A DNA stretch of 63,997 nt, the filler included, from Catajapyx aquilonaris (lineage: Eukaryota), in the NCBI GenBank assembly GCA_000934665.2. It is 4 parts of 4 records of this genome, joined end to end, with 100 filler letters (N's around TTAATTAATTAA, not from the genome) between each part and the next. Parts side by side here need not be neighbours in the genome. Positions count along the whole stretch, not along the records: positions 48,187 to 63,997 come from JYFJ02007381.1; 3 more parts are not named here. One strand, written 5' to 3'. This document shows, one piece after another, positions 50,098 through 61,610 of this stretch; the first letter of the stretch is position 1, and each line of letters begins with the position of its first letter. A program made the position numbers and the translations under genes. The notes under the pieces were generated by a model. The model worked only from the letters and a program-made list of their open reading frames with translations. It made no database searches and was not told where the DNA came from.

Positions 50098-53000
50098 TGT
50101 TATAATGTATCGGAATTGTGATGGAATAATAAATATGTCTCTCTGAGGGGATTCCCTCCCCTTCACCCTAACCAATCCCAGCCTAAAGATATTGCACCAT
50201 ATATTGCATCATTCACCCAGCACACCTTCCCCTGGACCAGGCAATAGACATTTGGAGGGTGGCGGAGCAGGCACAGCAGCAGGTGGCGTCCCTGACTCCT
50301 GATGAGCCTACCCGGGCGACATTGTCAAATCGTTCGCCCCGACCTACTCCTCCTGCCCCCTCCTACACACCAGTGCCACGGGACCTGCCACAGCACACCT
50401 GTCCAGTTCCCGGTAAGCGTCCATCTCAGGGGCGAGGTGGCCGCTCCCAGTTGGAAGGACGGGCTAGCTGCCTCCGGACAGTGACTGAGGTACCGAGCTG
50501 TGGCAAGTGTGGGGGTCAGCATGCCAATCGTCGCTGCCCTGCTCAGGGGCAGACGTGTTCCTACTGTCACAAGCTCAACCATTGGGCCAGCTAGAGTGTG
50601 TCGGCAGCGCTCTGTCCAGGTGCTGGAAACAACGGAGACAGGTGGTGAACCGCAGGAGCATGATGCCTACTTCTTCGTAGGGTCCTTGCAGCTGTACGCC
50701 GTGGCAGTCCCTGCGGCGGCGGCCCTGACATGGACAAAAGAGGTAACTGTGCAGGCGAGATCGGTGGTTTTAAGCTAGATACTGGTGCTCAGGCCAACGT
50801 GATACCGGCTTCCTTGCTGCCCGTTCTCGCTCCGGGCATCCGCATACGACCTGATGGGACGAGCCGCCTATCCATGTATCGGCCGATACATGGATAGGCA
50901 GATTGTGTTCGGGAGTTAGGGCCACTGTGGGTTACATCATGTTTTCCGTGGGAAAGCATGAATGGTTTCCTATTGAAGACCTTACATGGTACCCAATATG
51001 TGCAAACACAAATAACTGCAGCTGTGTCTGGACATTTAGTGCTGCCAATGTGGCTAAAAAAGTTACACAATGAAAAAGTGAAAATTTTTTGTGAAAAAAT
51101 GACTAAAAAAGACCGCTATACAGAAAGACTGAATCTGTATCCAATATCACCTATGTTGTTGGAGCAGTAATGTCTGCTTCTGATGAAGATGTTGGAAACA
51201 TTATTATGTTAGGTGGAGAAATTTGTACAGAGGTGTTTAAGTTCCACAGAATGATAATAAAAAACATTGTATACGACGGAAAAATACAGTCAACATCACA
51301 ATAAAATGTCTTGTTATATTAAGTACGCAATAAGTGAAACTGATGTAAAATATGGTTGTATAGAGAGTTTTGTCAAATTTAAAAGCAAGTGTGAATGTAT
51401 TATAGATATATGTAATTGCAAGTGGTCATATTATTGTATACTTAACACACTTAATATATGCCATCATTTTAAAACTGAACATTTGTCAAATAATGTATCC
51501 TTAAAGCACATAATGGAAGTGATGGCATCAGGAAACTTTAAGTTAATTCCCATTGACATGATTGCAAATCCATGTATGTATATAAAATGTAATAATGGCA
51601 AAAAATACATAGCAGATATGGTAAATATGTTAGAAATCGAATGACTTGTGTGTTGGATGAATTATTGAGTGGCAAATTAAGTTTCTTTGGTATGTGTTTA
51701 GCTTTCTTCATCATTTTCATTGCTATGTAAATATGACTAGTGTGTATGCGTGTATTTGTAAAGGGGAAAAATTGTTTCATTGTGTTATTCTTATTGAAAT
51801 ATTCTCACAGTTGGTGTTAGTGTTGCTTGTTGGTAGTGCTGCGTTTGTATAGTGCGAATGTATTTCGAAGTACAGTGTTAAGCATGTGTATTTTTATTTA
51901 TTTATTTATTTCCCTACACACCCTCAGCAATAACAAAAAAAGAGCCAAGTTTTTCTCACTACTCTTACAAGATAGTATCGCAAAAATCCAAATCATTAGC
52001 AACGGGTAACAAAAGTAGTTAAAGAGCATTGTTTAGAATCGCGGCCTCAGAAATTGGTGTATTTTACAAGAAAGGTAACAAAAATTATGAGTGTGTGGTT
52101 TTTGGTGGTAGTATTAGATATAGACATCATAATATAATACCGGCCATCACTATTTTGTAGTACCAATGGAAGACCTTATAGGCGTCGGTATTTGGAATAA
52201 GACCTGGAAGACGTCGAAATAATACCTCCCTTATGAGGTATTCTTTTTAAGACCTCCAGTAGACCTCATGTGACCTGAGGTCTCTCAGGTATTATTTGCA
52301 ATACCAATAGAAGACCTTAGGTCTTTGGAATAAGACCTGAAAGACCTCCATATAATACCTCTTGAAGTCTTAAACTAGGAGGTCTTATTCTTGCAGACCT
52401 CTAATAGACCTTAATATACCTCAAAAAGACCAGTTTTACCTCATGTAGACCTCGAATAGACCTTATATTTTGGTAAGGGGGGACAACCCGTCCCGCTGGT
52501 TGGTATAGTTGCGCTCTGTCCTGCAGGGCTTCGAATGGCAAGGAGGTGCTGCTGCAGTTTCTGGTCACGACTGGGGACCACTCCCCTGTTCTCGGACTAC
52601 ATGCCTGCGCTCAGGACCTGCGGCTGCTCCAGCACGTGGAGGCATTCCTGACGACGCCCGGCGGGGAACATATTTCCCTGACCCAAGATGCGACTCCGAG
52701 CGTCGTCCCTGCCCGTCGTGGTCCGTTCTCGTTGCTTCCAAGGCTGACAGACGATCTGCAACGGATGCAGGACCAACACTTCATTGTGCAGCAGCAACAG
52801 CAGACGGAGGAGGAGGCCCGCGTGCCACCTGGCCAGCAGCAGCAGCAGCCAAAGATAGAGAAGGGTCAACAGCCGGCCCAGCAGCAGCAGCAGGAGAAGG
52901 CCCCTGCCCAACAGCCTGCACAGAAGAAGGAAGAGCCCAAGACGGCTGCCTCTGCCGCCGCTCCCATGCAGCAGCAACGGCAGCAGCAGCCACCTGCCAA

Positions 53001-54577
53001 GGCAAAGGGAGGAGCTAAGCCTCAGGAGGCTGCTAAACAGCAGCAGCAGCGTAGGGCCAAGCCTGCCCAGCAAACCCAGCAGTCAGCAAAGAATGAGCAG
53101 GCCGTCCCAGCTCAGCAGGCCCAGACATGGCCAGAAGGCAGAAGCACCCAAGAAGGAAGCTTCCCTGCCTGCCCCGAAGAAGAAGGCCACAGGTGCTCCT
53201 GCTGCACAACCACAGCCGAAGTAGGCTGATGCCAGGAAGGCTGAGCCAGCCCAGAAGAGGAAGGAAGCGACCAAACCAGCTCAGCAGCAGCCAGCCAAGA
53301 AGGCTGCATCTGCCCCAGCCAGTGCCGCTCCGCAACAGAAGAAAAAGGCTGTCAAGTGTGAGGCTGGGAAGGACTCGTCTGCACCTCCAGCCAAGGAGGC
53401 CAAGACTTCCCCCAAGGCAGCAGCAACACCTGCAGCGAAGCCAGCTGCCAAGCCTGCAGCCAAGCAAGCTGCCAAGCCCGCCGCTTCCAAGGCTGCTGCC
53501 AAGGTGTCCAAGGTGTCCAACATCCTGGCCAGGGCACGCAGATACATCCATTGGTCTGGTATGACCCAGCAGGTGCAGATGATGATCAGCAACTGCAATG
53601 TGCATGCACAATATCGGCATGCCAACAGGAGGTAGCCGTTCCTGCTGCATCTGGTGCAGTACGGTCCCTGGCAGAAGGTGGAGAGGGCTATACAGACAGT
53701 GAAGCAGCTTCTGCGGAATCCCTAGCGACTGGTAGTGACATCCAGGAAGACCTGCTGATAATACGTACCACCCAGGTACAAGGAACCAAGTGGACGCCGG
53801 CACAACTGTTGATGGGGAGAGACCTGCAATCTCATCTACCGGGAAGCTCCCAGGACACCATTCCGGTGTCACATCCGGAATACAAGGAAAAGAGGGAATT
53901 GGTACTGCAACAGAAAAGGGTTGGATGCTCCGACCACAGGAGAGAGAGGCCAGAGCTAACCCCAGGTGCCCAGGTGATGGTCCGAGCAACGGGGCGCCAG
54001 TGGCAGCCCGCTAAGATAGGGGCATGTCTACGCCCCGGTCGTACTGGGTCCAGACTCCTGATGGCCACTGGCTACAACTAAATAAACATCACCTCCGTCC
54101 TGCTCCAGGTTTAGATATACCTACACCTACACCCCTACTTCCACTTGCGCAAACGCAGATGCCTACCCCTGCGAGGTTTGCAACGACGCTGGCAGCAACC
54201 CATGAAGGTGTCCAGAATTCTTCGCCGGCAGCGACGAGCCCAGCTGTGCCGCGCCTAGTGGCTACTCGCCATGGCCGCCCAGTGTGACTGGCGGACTACA
54301 GTATGTTGCTCAATAGAAGATGAAAAAAATAATAATAATGAAGGCTACATGTTATAATGTATAGGAATTCAGATTGAATAATAAATATGACTCTCTGAGA
54401 GGATTCCCACCCCTTCACCCTAGCCAATCCCAGCGTAAAGATATTGCACCATATTGCATGATTCACCCCACCTTCCCTCCACCTTCTGACTACCCAAGTC
54501 AGTCTTGAGATCCCCACAACAGAGAGCTGATGTGGAAAGGATCTAGTCTTATTCATACCCAGATCATAGTTACAATA
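50098..54577 (+). mobile_element. Decayed Ty3/Gypsy LTR retrotransposon (Mag-like), internally deleted
   Basis: 5' LTR remnant 50098-~50218, 3' LTR 54350-54577, 5-bp TSD ATGTA. Gag knuckles CGKCGGQH..C and CSYCHKLNHW, protease FKLDTGAQANVI, RNase H-like LVTTGDHSP, integrase ARARRYIHWSGM and TPAQLLMGR, C-terminal PRSYWVQT. No RT core seen. Confidence 0.85.
50897..52479 (+). mobile_element. CACTA/EnSpm-type transposon 3' fragment inside the Gypsy element
   Basis: ADCVRELGPLWVTSCFPWESMNGFLLKTLHGTQYVQTQI transposase motif; dense GACCT subterminal repeats ~52170-52465; end TTTTGGTAAGGG. Confidence 0.75.
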
Positions 54578-56643
54578 ATGTACTAGTTCTTTCCTCCTGT
54601 CGGTGTATAATACGCAGTGCTCTGGGAGCTGCACCAAGCACAAGCAGCAACCTCAACTTCTCCATTGGAGATGTACTGATTTCCCTTCAGGTATGTGTCA
54701 GATGTGTGCAAGAAGTTGCAGGGCACAAGATCTGGGCTGTACACCGATTGAGGAAATATATATGGGAAAGTTGAGTCTCTACAGAAGGTGTCGTGCATGT
54801 CGAGTTCCTGACTGGTCGCGAAACTCTGAATTCTGAGGTGCATGTGGATACCCTGTGGAGGTTTCAGGCATGAGTGAACAGGGTGCTCCTAAAAAAGGAT
54901 GTCACTTTACACCATGATAATGCTCCACCACACACAAGCCATATATATCAGACTACGAATGCCCTCCAGACACTCAAATTCCCTGTTCTTCCTCATTTGG
55001 TGTATAGATCCCAGATACTGAGCCCTATGACTTATTGCTTTCTCCAATAATGAAGACATGCCTGAAGGGCAGGTACACCTGCAATGCATAAGTTGAGGCT
55101 GTCGTTCACACTTGGTGCCTCTTCCACAGCCTAGAGTTCTACACCAATTAATTGGAGGAAAAAACTAGTACATTGTTGGTGTAGGTGTATTGCTGTAGGT
55201 AGTGATTATGCAGAAAAGTAAAATATGGTTTTGAAAAGAACATTCCAGGCTTTCATTTGATCTCACTTACATTATCCTGTAATATGTATTACACATTTTA
55301 TTATGTACATGGATGCAAAAATTATCAGCATGCCCCCGTAGTTCATTGTACTATGCCTGATCTACTATGATACTATGAAGATATGGAGCTTAGTAATGGT
55401 GCAGATGCTTACATGCTCAGGAGCCTTCCTCTTCCAATCACATTGTTGATTTGTAATCTGCAGAACAATTCCTCTAATTTCTGAATTGAGGGCATTATCC
55501 CTATCATTTGAGATTGACACATTAGTTAAGATTTATGATGGTCACTCATGTCAGATTATTTGAATTTTACTTCCCTAGATAAGAGCATGGCCTTTTCTTC
55601 ATACAATTTTTTTTTATTTGATGAACATATTCGGCCTGTGTATTTCTTGGAGGACACTTCATTACTGTTGGTGCCCAGCGCATAATGTACAGTAGGTACA
55701 TCTCCCGTATTTAGAAGTGAAAAATTATGTGGTATTGGGTTTGAGGTCCCACTAATGACCCTTAAAGGTCCAGCACAGGTTACTCAAAATAAAATAAAAT
55801 ACCAGTAAAATGCAGCAAATAGATTCACCTTTTTGTCTGTTGATAGTTCATGAATCAAATTTTTAAATATTATAATTTTCCTTAGGCCTTCAGCTTAAGC
55901 TTGCTATAGCACACAATAATTATTTTTCACCAAGTTGTTACATACAGCATAATTATACACTACACAATATTTTTAAATGCGTATCCCTCTTCACCTCAAA
56001 GGTGTGGTCAATAGGGACCTCCGTTTTTTTCTATGTAAGGCCCTTTTAAACATGCAGATAGTTAATAGCACTTGGGACTAATTTGAATCAATAATAATCA
56101 GAACATCATTGCTAACTGACTTATAATAATAATGGTATCCCATTTAAACGTTGAAAGGCTTGATTTTTTTCCATGCCCCTATTCACCCAACTACCAAATT
56201 TATAATAAATTTCAAAGCTCAGCAATTTTAATTTTAGAGATCTCAAATTGCTCACCAAACACTACTTCATTCTACTGTGTATTCACCAAAACCACCAGCC
56301 TAGCCACCTGATTGAATAAACAAATGGTTTGTATGCTATAAAAAGTGTCGCCAAAATAAGCTGATTCTCAGCTTGCCAAACTAAACATAAATAATTTTGA
56401 AACTGTTATAGCTGTGGTAGCTCATAGAGGAAGGACTTCCTTTTACTTCTGCAAAACCCATTCTTTGGTATCTGTCCATTTTTTTGAAACTGCCAAAATA
56501 AATAAGATTATACATTTTTTTGTAACATTTTGCCCCTATTCACCTGCTATATGGTGCACGCAATTTCTCACCCTTACCATATACAGTATTAGACTTGCTT
56601 TGGGTCAACAAGTAGGCCTAACCTGGAAGTTAGCATGTTATTT

Positions 56644-57306
56644 GAGGGGGTGAAAATCAAAAACCGACAGCTCCAAAAATCAAAAAAAATGAGTTAGCAC
56701 CGGCAATGCATTCCTCATGCCATGGAGCACATAATACCTGAATATGGTATTTAAAACCCTACAACAAAGCCGTCAAATTCAGGGGTGAAAAGCGACCTCC
56801 GTAACAAAAACCGCCAGCTCCATCCCCACTCGCAGAAAATCACAGATCAAAAACGGCCAGCTCCCACGAAACTAAAGCTGACATGGGAGACAGGACATAC
56901 TGCGAAGCTCGTACGGATAACGACGGTGCGAATGAGATGCGCATTTAACAGAACACCTTGCGTAATGTAATGGAACGTTGGTATGTAAGCGTGGAATAAA
57001 CTTAAACATTTACACGCCGGATAAACCTGTGTTTCATGTTTCCCTCACTCAATTTTGCATCAAAAAGCGCCAACTCCAGCCTGTTGCAAATCAAAAACCA
57101 GCCAGTGGCGGAATGGACGGTCCACAGCTCATTGGGTAATGGCGGATGATTTCATAATAACTTACCAATGGTTGAGTTGCTAGTAAAGGAATCTATAGCC
57201 GCTACATTCAGGTGTCTACGTTGACATACGGCGAAACTGTAGGTTTTTCTCGTTTTTCTCCGTTACGTTTATGACGGAGCTCTCGGTTTTTGATTTTCAC
57301 CCCCTC
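56644..57306. mobile_element. MITE with GAG...CTC ends and 4-bp TSD (Sola-like)
   Basis: ATTT|GAGGGGGTGAAAATCAAAAACCGA...TCGGTTTTTGATTTTCACCCCCTC|ATTT. Confidence 0.85.
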
Positions 57307-57706
57307 ATTTGTCCCAATGTCATGTATAAGTATCTCTGAGATACCTTCAAGCGTGGTAATAAGTTTCACCTAAAAGAAGGAAGGAGAGGTCACAAGATCT
57401 GATGGGTGATTGACTTGATATTCCAGGATCATCATATCAAATGGAGTGGGTGAGATCAATACATTGAAATGCACTTGTTTAGTTGTTTATTAGGATATTT
57501 TAGTACAGTATAAGTGGTAAACAAGGTACTTGATGTGCCATAACCGTCCCAATCTTCATGTGGATTATCATTCAATGTTATGGACCTTCCTTTTATCAGG
57601 AAATTTTTGCTTGGTGATAAGATTAAATGTTAAGAATTGCGCATATTTGTCAAGTTCCTATAAATGACACAATTCCCTCATTTGTCTAGGCATTGCTGAG
57701 TGGAAG

Positions 57707-60700
57707 ATGATGTGGACCCTACTTGCAGGTGTTTTTCTAAGCTTGTTCCTGGGCCTGGGACATTGTCAATATCAACCAAACTGGGACAGTTTGGACAAGA
57801 GACCTATACCCAAGTGGTATGATGAGGCCAAAATTGGAATTTTCCTGCACTGGGGTGTGTTTTCTGTCCCATCATTTGGCTCTGCATGGTTCTGGATGAA
57901 TTGGAAATCAGGGCAGAAACCATATGTGGAATTCATGAAGAAGAATTATCGGCCTGATTTTACATATGCGGACTTTGGCCCAGAATTCACAGCAGAGTTT
58001 TTTGATCCAGACTGGTGGGCAGAGCTGTTCAAGAGCAGTGGTGCCAAATATGTTGTGCTGACTAGCAAACACCATGAGGGGTTCACACTGTGGCCATCAA
58101 AGACTTCTTTTAACTGGAATGCTATGGATGTAGGACCACAACAAGACTTGATAGGTAATTATTAAGTTACCCTCTCATGTTCATAATGTTTACTTTTTAT
58201 CAATCCATTTGTGCCTCTTAACAAAATTATTACTTTTTATCACTGTTGTTTTACCTGCCTGAAATATACATTACAATGCATTAACACATGATATTTATTA
58301 TAGCTGCCCTATCATCAGCCATTCGCAACAAAACAGATATAGTGTTTGGCTTGTATCATTCTCTATTTGAGTGGTTCAACCCCATGTACCTGAGCGACAA
58401 GTCCAACAAATATAAGACGAGACAGTTTCCTGAACAAAAGGCTATTCCTGAGCTGTATGAACTTGTCAATCAGTATAAGCCAGGAGTCATATGGTCTGAT
58501 GGAGATTGGGAGGCACCTGACGAATACTGGAACTCAACTGGCTTCTTGGCCTGGCTGTACAATGACAGTCCTGTCAAAGACACAGTAGTGGTCAACGACC
58601 GCTGGGGATCAGGCATACCCTGCCATCATGGAGACTTTTACACCTGCTCAGATAGGTACAACCCAGGGGTGTTGCAAAAGCACAAGTGGGAAAATGCAAT
58701 GACTATTGACAATTATGCATGGACGTACAGAAGGGAGGCAGTGTTGTCTGATTTTTTGACCATTGAGGAGCTGCTGACCACCTTGGCTGAGACCATTAGC
58801 TGCGGAGGTTGGTTGGTTCATTCATTAATGTCAGAGAGATATGGGCAGAATCATGTTTATTTTTATGTTTTGATACATCTTAGGTAACCTTCTTATAAAT
58901 GTTGGCCCAACTAAAGAAGGAAGAATAATCCCAATTTTTGAAGAGCGTTTAAGGCAGTTGGGCCAGTGGCTGGCAATAAATGGGGAAGCAGTTTATGAGT
59001 CCAAGCCTTGGAGGATTCAAAATGACACTGTGACTCCTGGAGTGTGGTACACAACCAGAGATGAAAATGTGTATGCATTTGTACCATTCTGGCCAGATAA
59101 GAACACCTTGCTGCTGGGAGGACCTAACTTTGCACTGAAAACATCGAATATCACCATCTTGGGAGATACAGTGGCAGAGTCTTTACCAGTAAGTTTGACT
59201 ACTTAAGGCCGGTATCCACGTACGAGATTCTTGCATACGAGGAGCCAACTGCGCATGCCCGGATACGAGGAAAGAGGAAAAGTTGACAATTTTCAACTTT
59301 AATCCCCTTTTCGAGGGACAAGAGGGGCCCTGAGGCGACAAAGAGTCTGTCTCGACGTACAAGTTTTCTCGCATAAGAGGACTCGCATACGAGGAACTCG
59401 CACGTCGATACCAGCCTTTAGGGCCAGCAACACCATGTTGCAAACATCTAGCAAGGGAAGTGTGAGAATTGTCCTTGAAGTAGCTTAATAAAATAATTCA
59501 TACCCCGTTATCAGCCTATCGGCTCTTTAGGGGGGAAGTTTTTGTTTTGCCTGGAACTCTTTGCTTTCATTTTACTGCGCTTTTTGGGATAGGATAGGGA
59601 CGGAAGGAAGCGGCTGTGGCCTATTAATTACGGAAACAACTCCGGAATTTTCCTGGAAGGACCGTGGGAAACCACAGAAAACCACGGTCAGAGTTGCCGG
59701 CCCCGGGATTCGAACCCAGGACCTCCCGATTAGCAGTCGGACGCCTTATCCAATATGCCAACCTGCTTCGGTAAGTAGCTTAATGCAACTTGGCACAATA
59801 ATATAGGCAGGTAAGTTATTAACCAAAATGCAAACAATTTAGGCGAAAGCCCACGAGGTCAAAAGTTATGACTTCTCGAAATCACAAGGGACACTTTCCA
59901 AGGTCTCACCGATTTTCTTGAAATTCGGTAGGCCTACATTGGTAGGCCACCCCAAGGGATGAAAAACGCACCTAAAGTGACCTGCTCAAAATGACCTGGT
60001 GGCCCCTTTTTGTGGGCTACCAATGCACCAAATGTCAAAAATATCTGTGAGTTTTCGCCATTTAAGAGTTGACCTCTGCCCCCCAAAAAGGGGTCACCAG
60101 GTCATTCTGAATTGAGCAGGTCACTTTAGGTGCGTTATTCATCCTTTGGGGTGGCCTACCAATGTACCGAATTTCAAGAAAATCGATGAGAGCTTGGAAA
60201 GTGTTTCTTGTGAGTTCGAGAGGTCATAACTATTGACCTTGTGGGCACTCGCCTAAATTGTTCGCATTTTCTTTAATAACTTACCTGCCTACAGGGTGGA
60301 CGGAAAGTTTCGGACCCCCCCAGGTTTTTAAACCCTACTTTTCACAGCGTCTTTTCACATCTTTTAAAAGTCCACAAGCAGTTCTACAACAACAACAACA
60401 ACAACATCACGACATTTCCCTATGAGGGGTAGTCAGCGATGAAGGGAGACGCAAGCTAACCCAATATATGAACTAATAAAACTCATGAGAATAAACCTAA
60501 AAACAACCTGTCCCACCCCCCACCCCTGCCCACCTCAGACAAGCAGTTCTAATGTACACTATCTTTTGAAGGATAATCTCGAGAACATCTGAGCACCTTC
60601 GCTCTCGCAATTCCATTAATAACTTCGCCTCTGTGACTCCTCTAAACATCTTATCTGTTTTGCGTTTATTTTGCTTGTTGCCTTGGAGGACCCCTGGTCA

Positions 60701-61543
60701 TATTCTGCGTCAGATAAGGTTTTTATGACCCTTTTCCATGAGTTCCCCTTCATGCAAATGTTGTGAACTCACTCCTGACCTTATTTTTCGCATTGGTCCA
60801 TAACCTGGTCCAATAAAAATTTGAAAAGGAATGCATGAAATGGCGGACCCGGATGCATTACTTTCGAATTCTCAAATTGGTACCATCACATTTGTTTCGA
60901 TTTTTTCTTTAAAATAATTTTTTGGTGCGAAAGGACGTGAACGAAAGGATGTGTATGTTGATTGATTTACCAAGGTAGGACTGTTTACTGTCCTTTCCCA
61001 CCAAAAAATTATTTTAAAGTAAAAATGGAGACAAATGCGATGGTACCAATGTGAGAATTCGAAAGTAATGCATCCGTGTCCCACATTTCATGCATTCCTT
61101 TTCAAATTTTATTGGACCAGGTTGTGGACCAATGCGAAAAGTAAGGTCAGGAGTGAGTTCACAACATTTGCATGAAGGGGAACTCATGGAAAAGGGTCAT
61201 AAAAACCTTATCTGACGCAGAATATGACCAGGGGTCCTCCAAAGCAACAAGCAAAATAAACGCAAAACAGATAAGATGTTTAGAGGAGTCACAGAGGCGA
61301 AGTTATTAATGGAATTGCAAGAGCGGAGGTGCTCAGATGTTCTCGAGATTATGCTTCAAAAGATAGTGTACATTAGAACTGCTTGTGGACTTTTAAAAGA
61401 TGTGAAAAGATGCTGTGAAAAGTAGGGTTTAAAAACCTGGGGGGGGTCCGAAACTTTCCGTCCACCCTGTATATTATTGTGCCAAGTTTCACTAAGCAAC
61501 TCCACGGACAACACTTAAACTTCCCTTGTAAGATTCTTAATAG

Positions 61544-61610
<67 letters not shown>

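Larger units (their letters stand above)
49955..55338. mobile_element. Mariner-derived fold-back element (two transposase 3' ends in opposite orientation), split by a Gypsy insertion
   Basis: TIR GGGCATGCTGATAATTTT at both ends with TA flanks. YSPDLVPCNF remnant on the minus strand (ORF 54583-54843). KLVHCWCRCI..SDYAEK remnant on the plus strand at ~55160-55220. Confidence 0.7.

Noticed and set aside
52509..53989. Multiple overlapping long ORFs (e.g. 318 aa on the minus strand)
   Set aside because: Shadow frames of a GC-rich low-complexity tract; only plus-strand frames carry recognisable motifs.
59690..59772. tRNA-Ser(GCT)-like gene (also tRNA-like heads at 13781 and ~62690)
   Set aside because: Fused to SINE bodies with TSDs, and lacks the Ser long variable arm.
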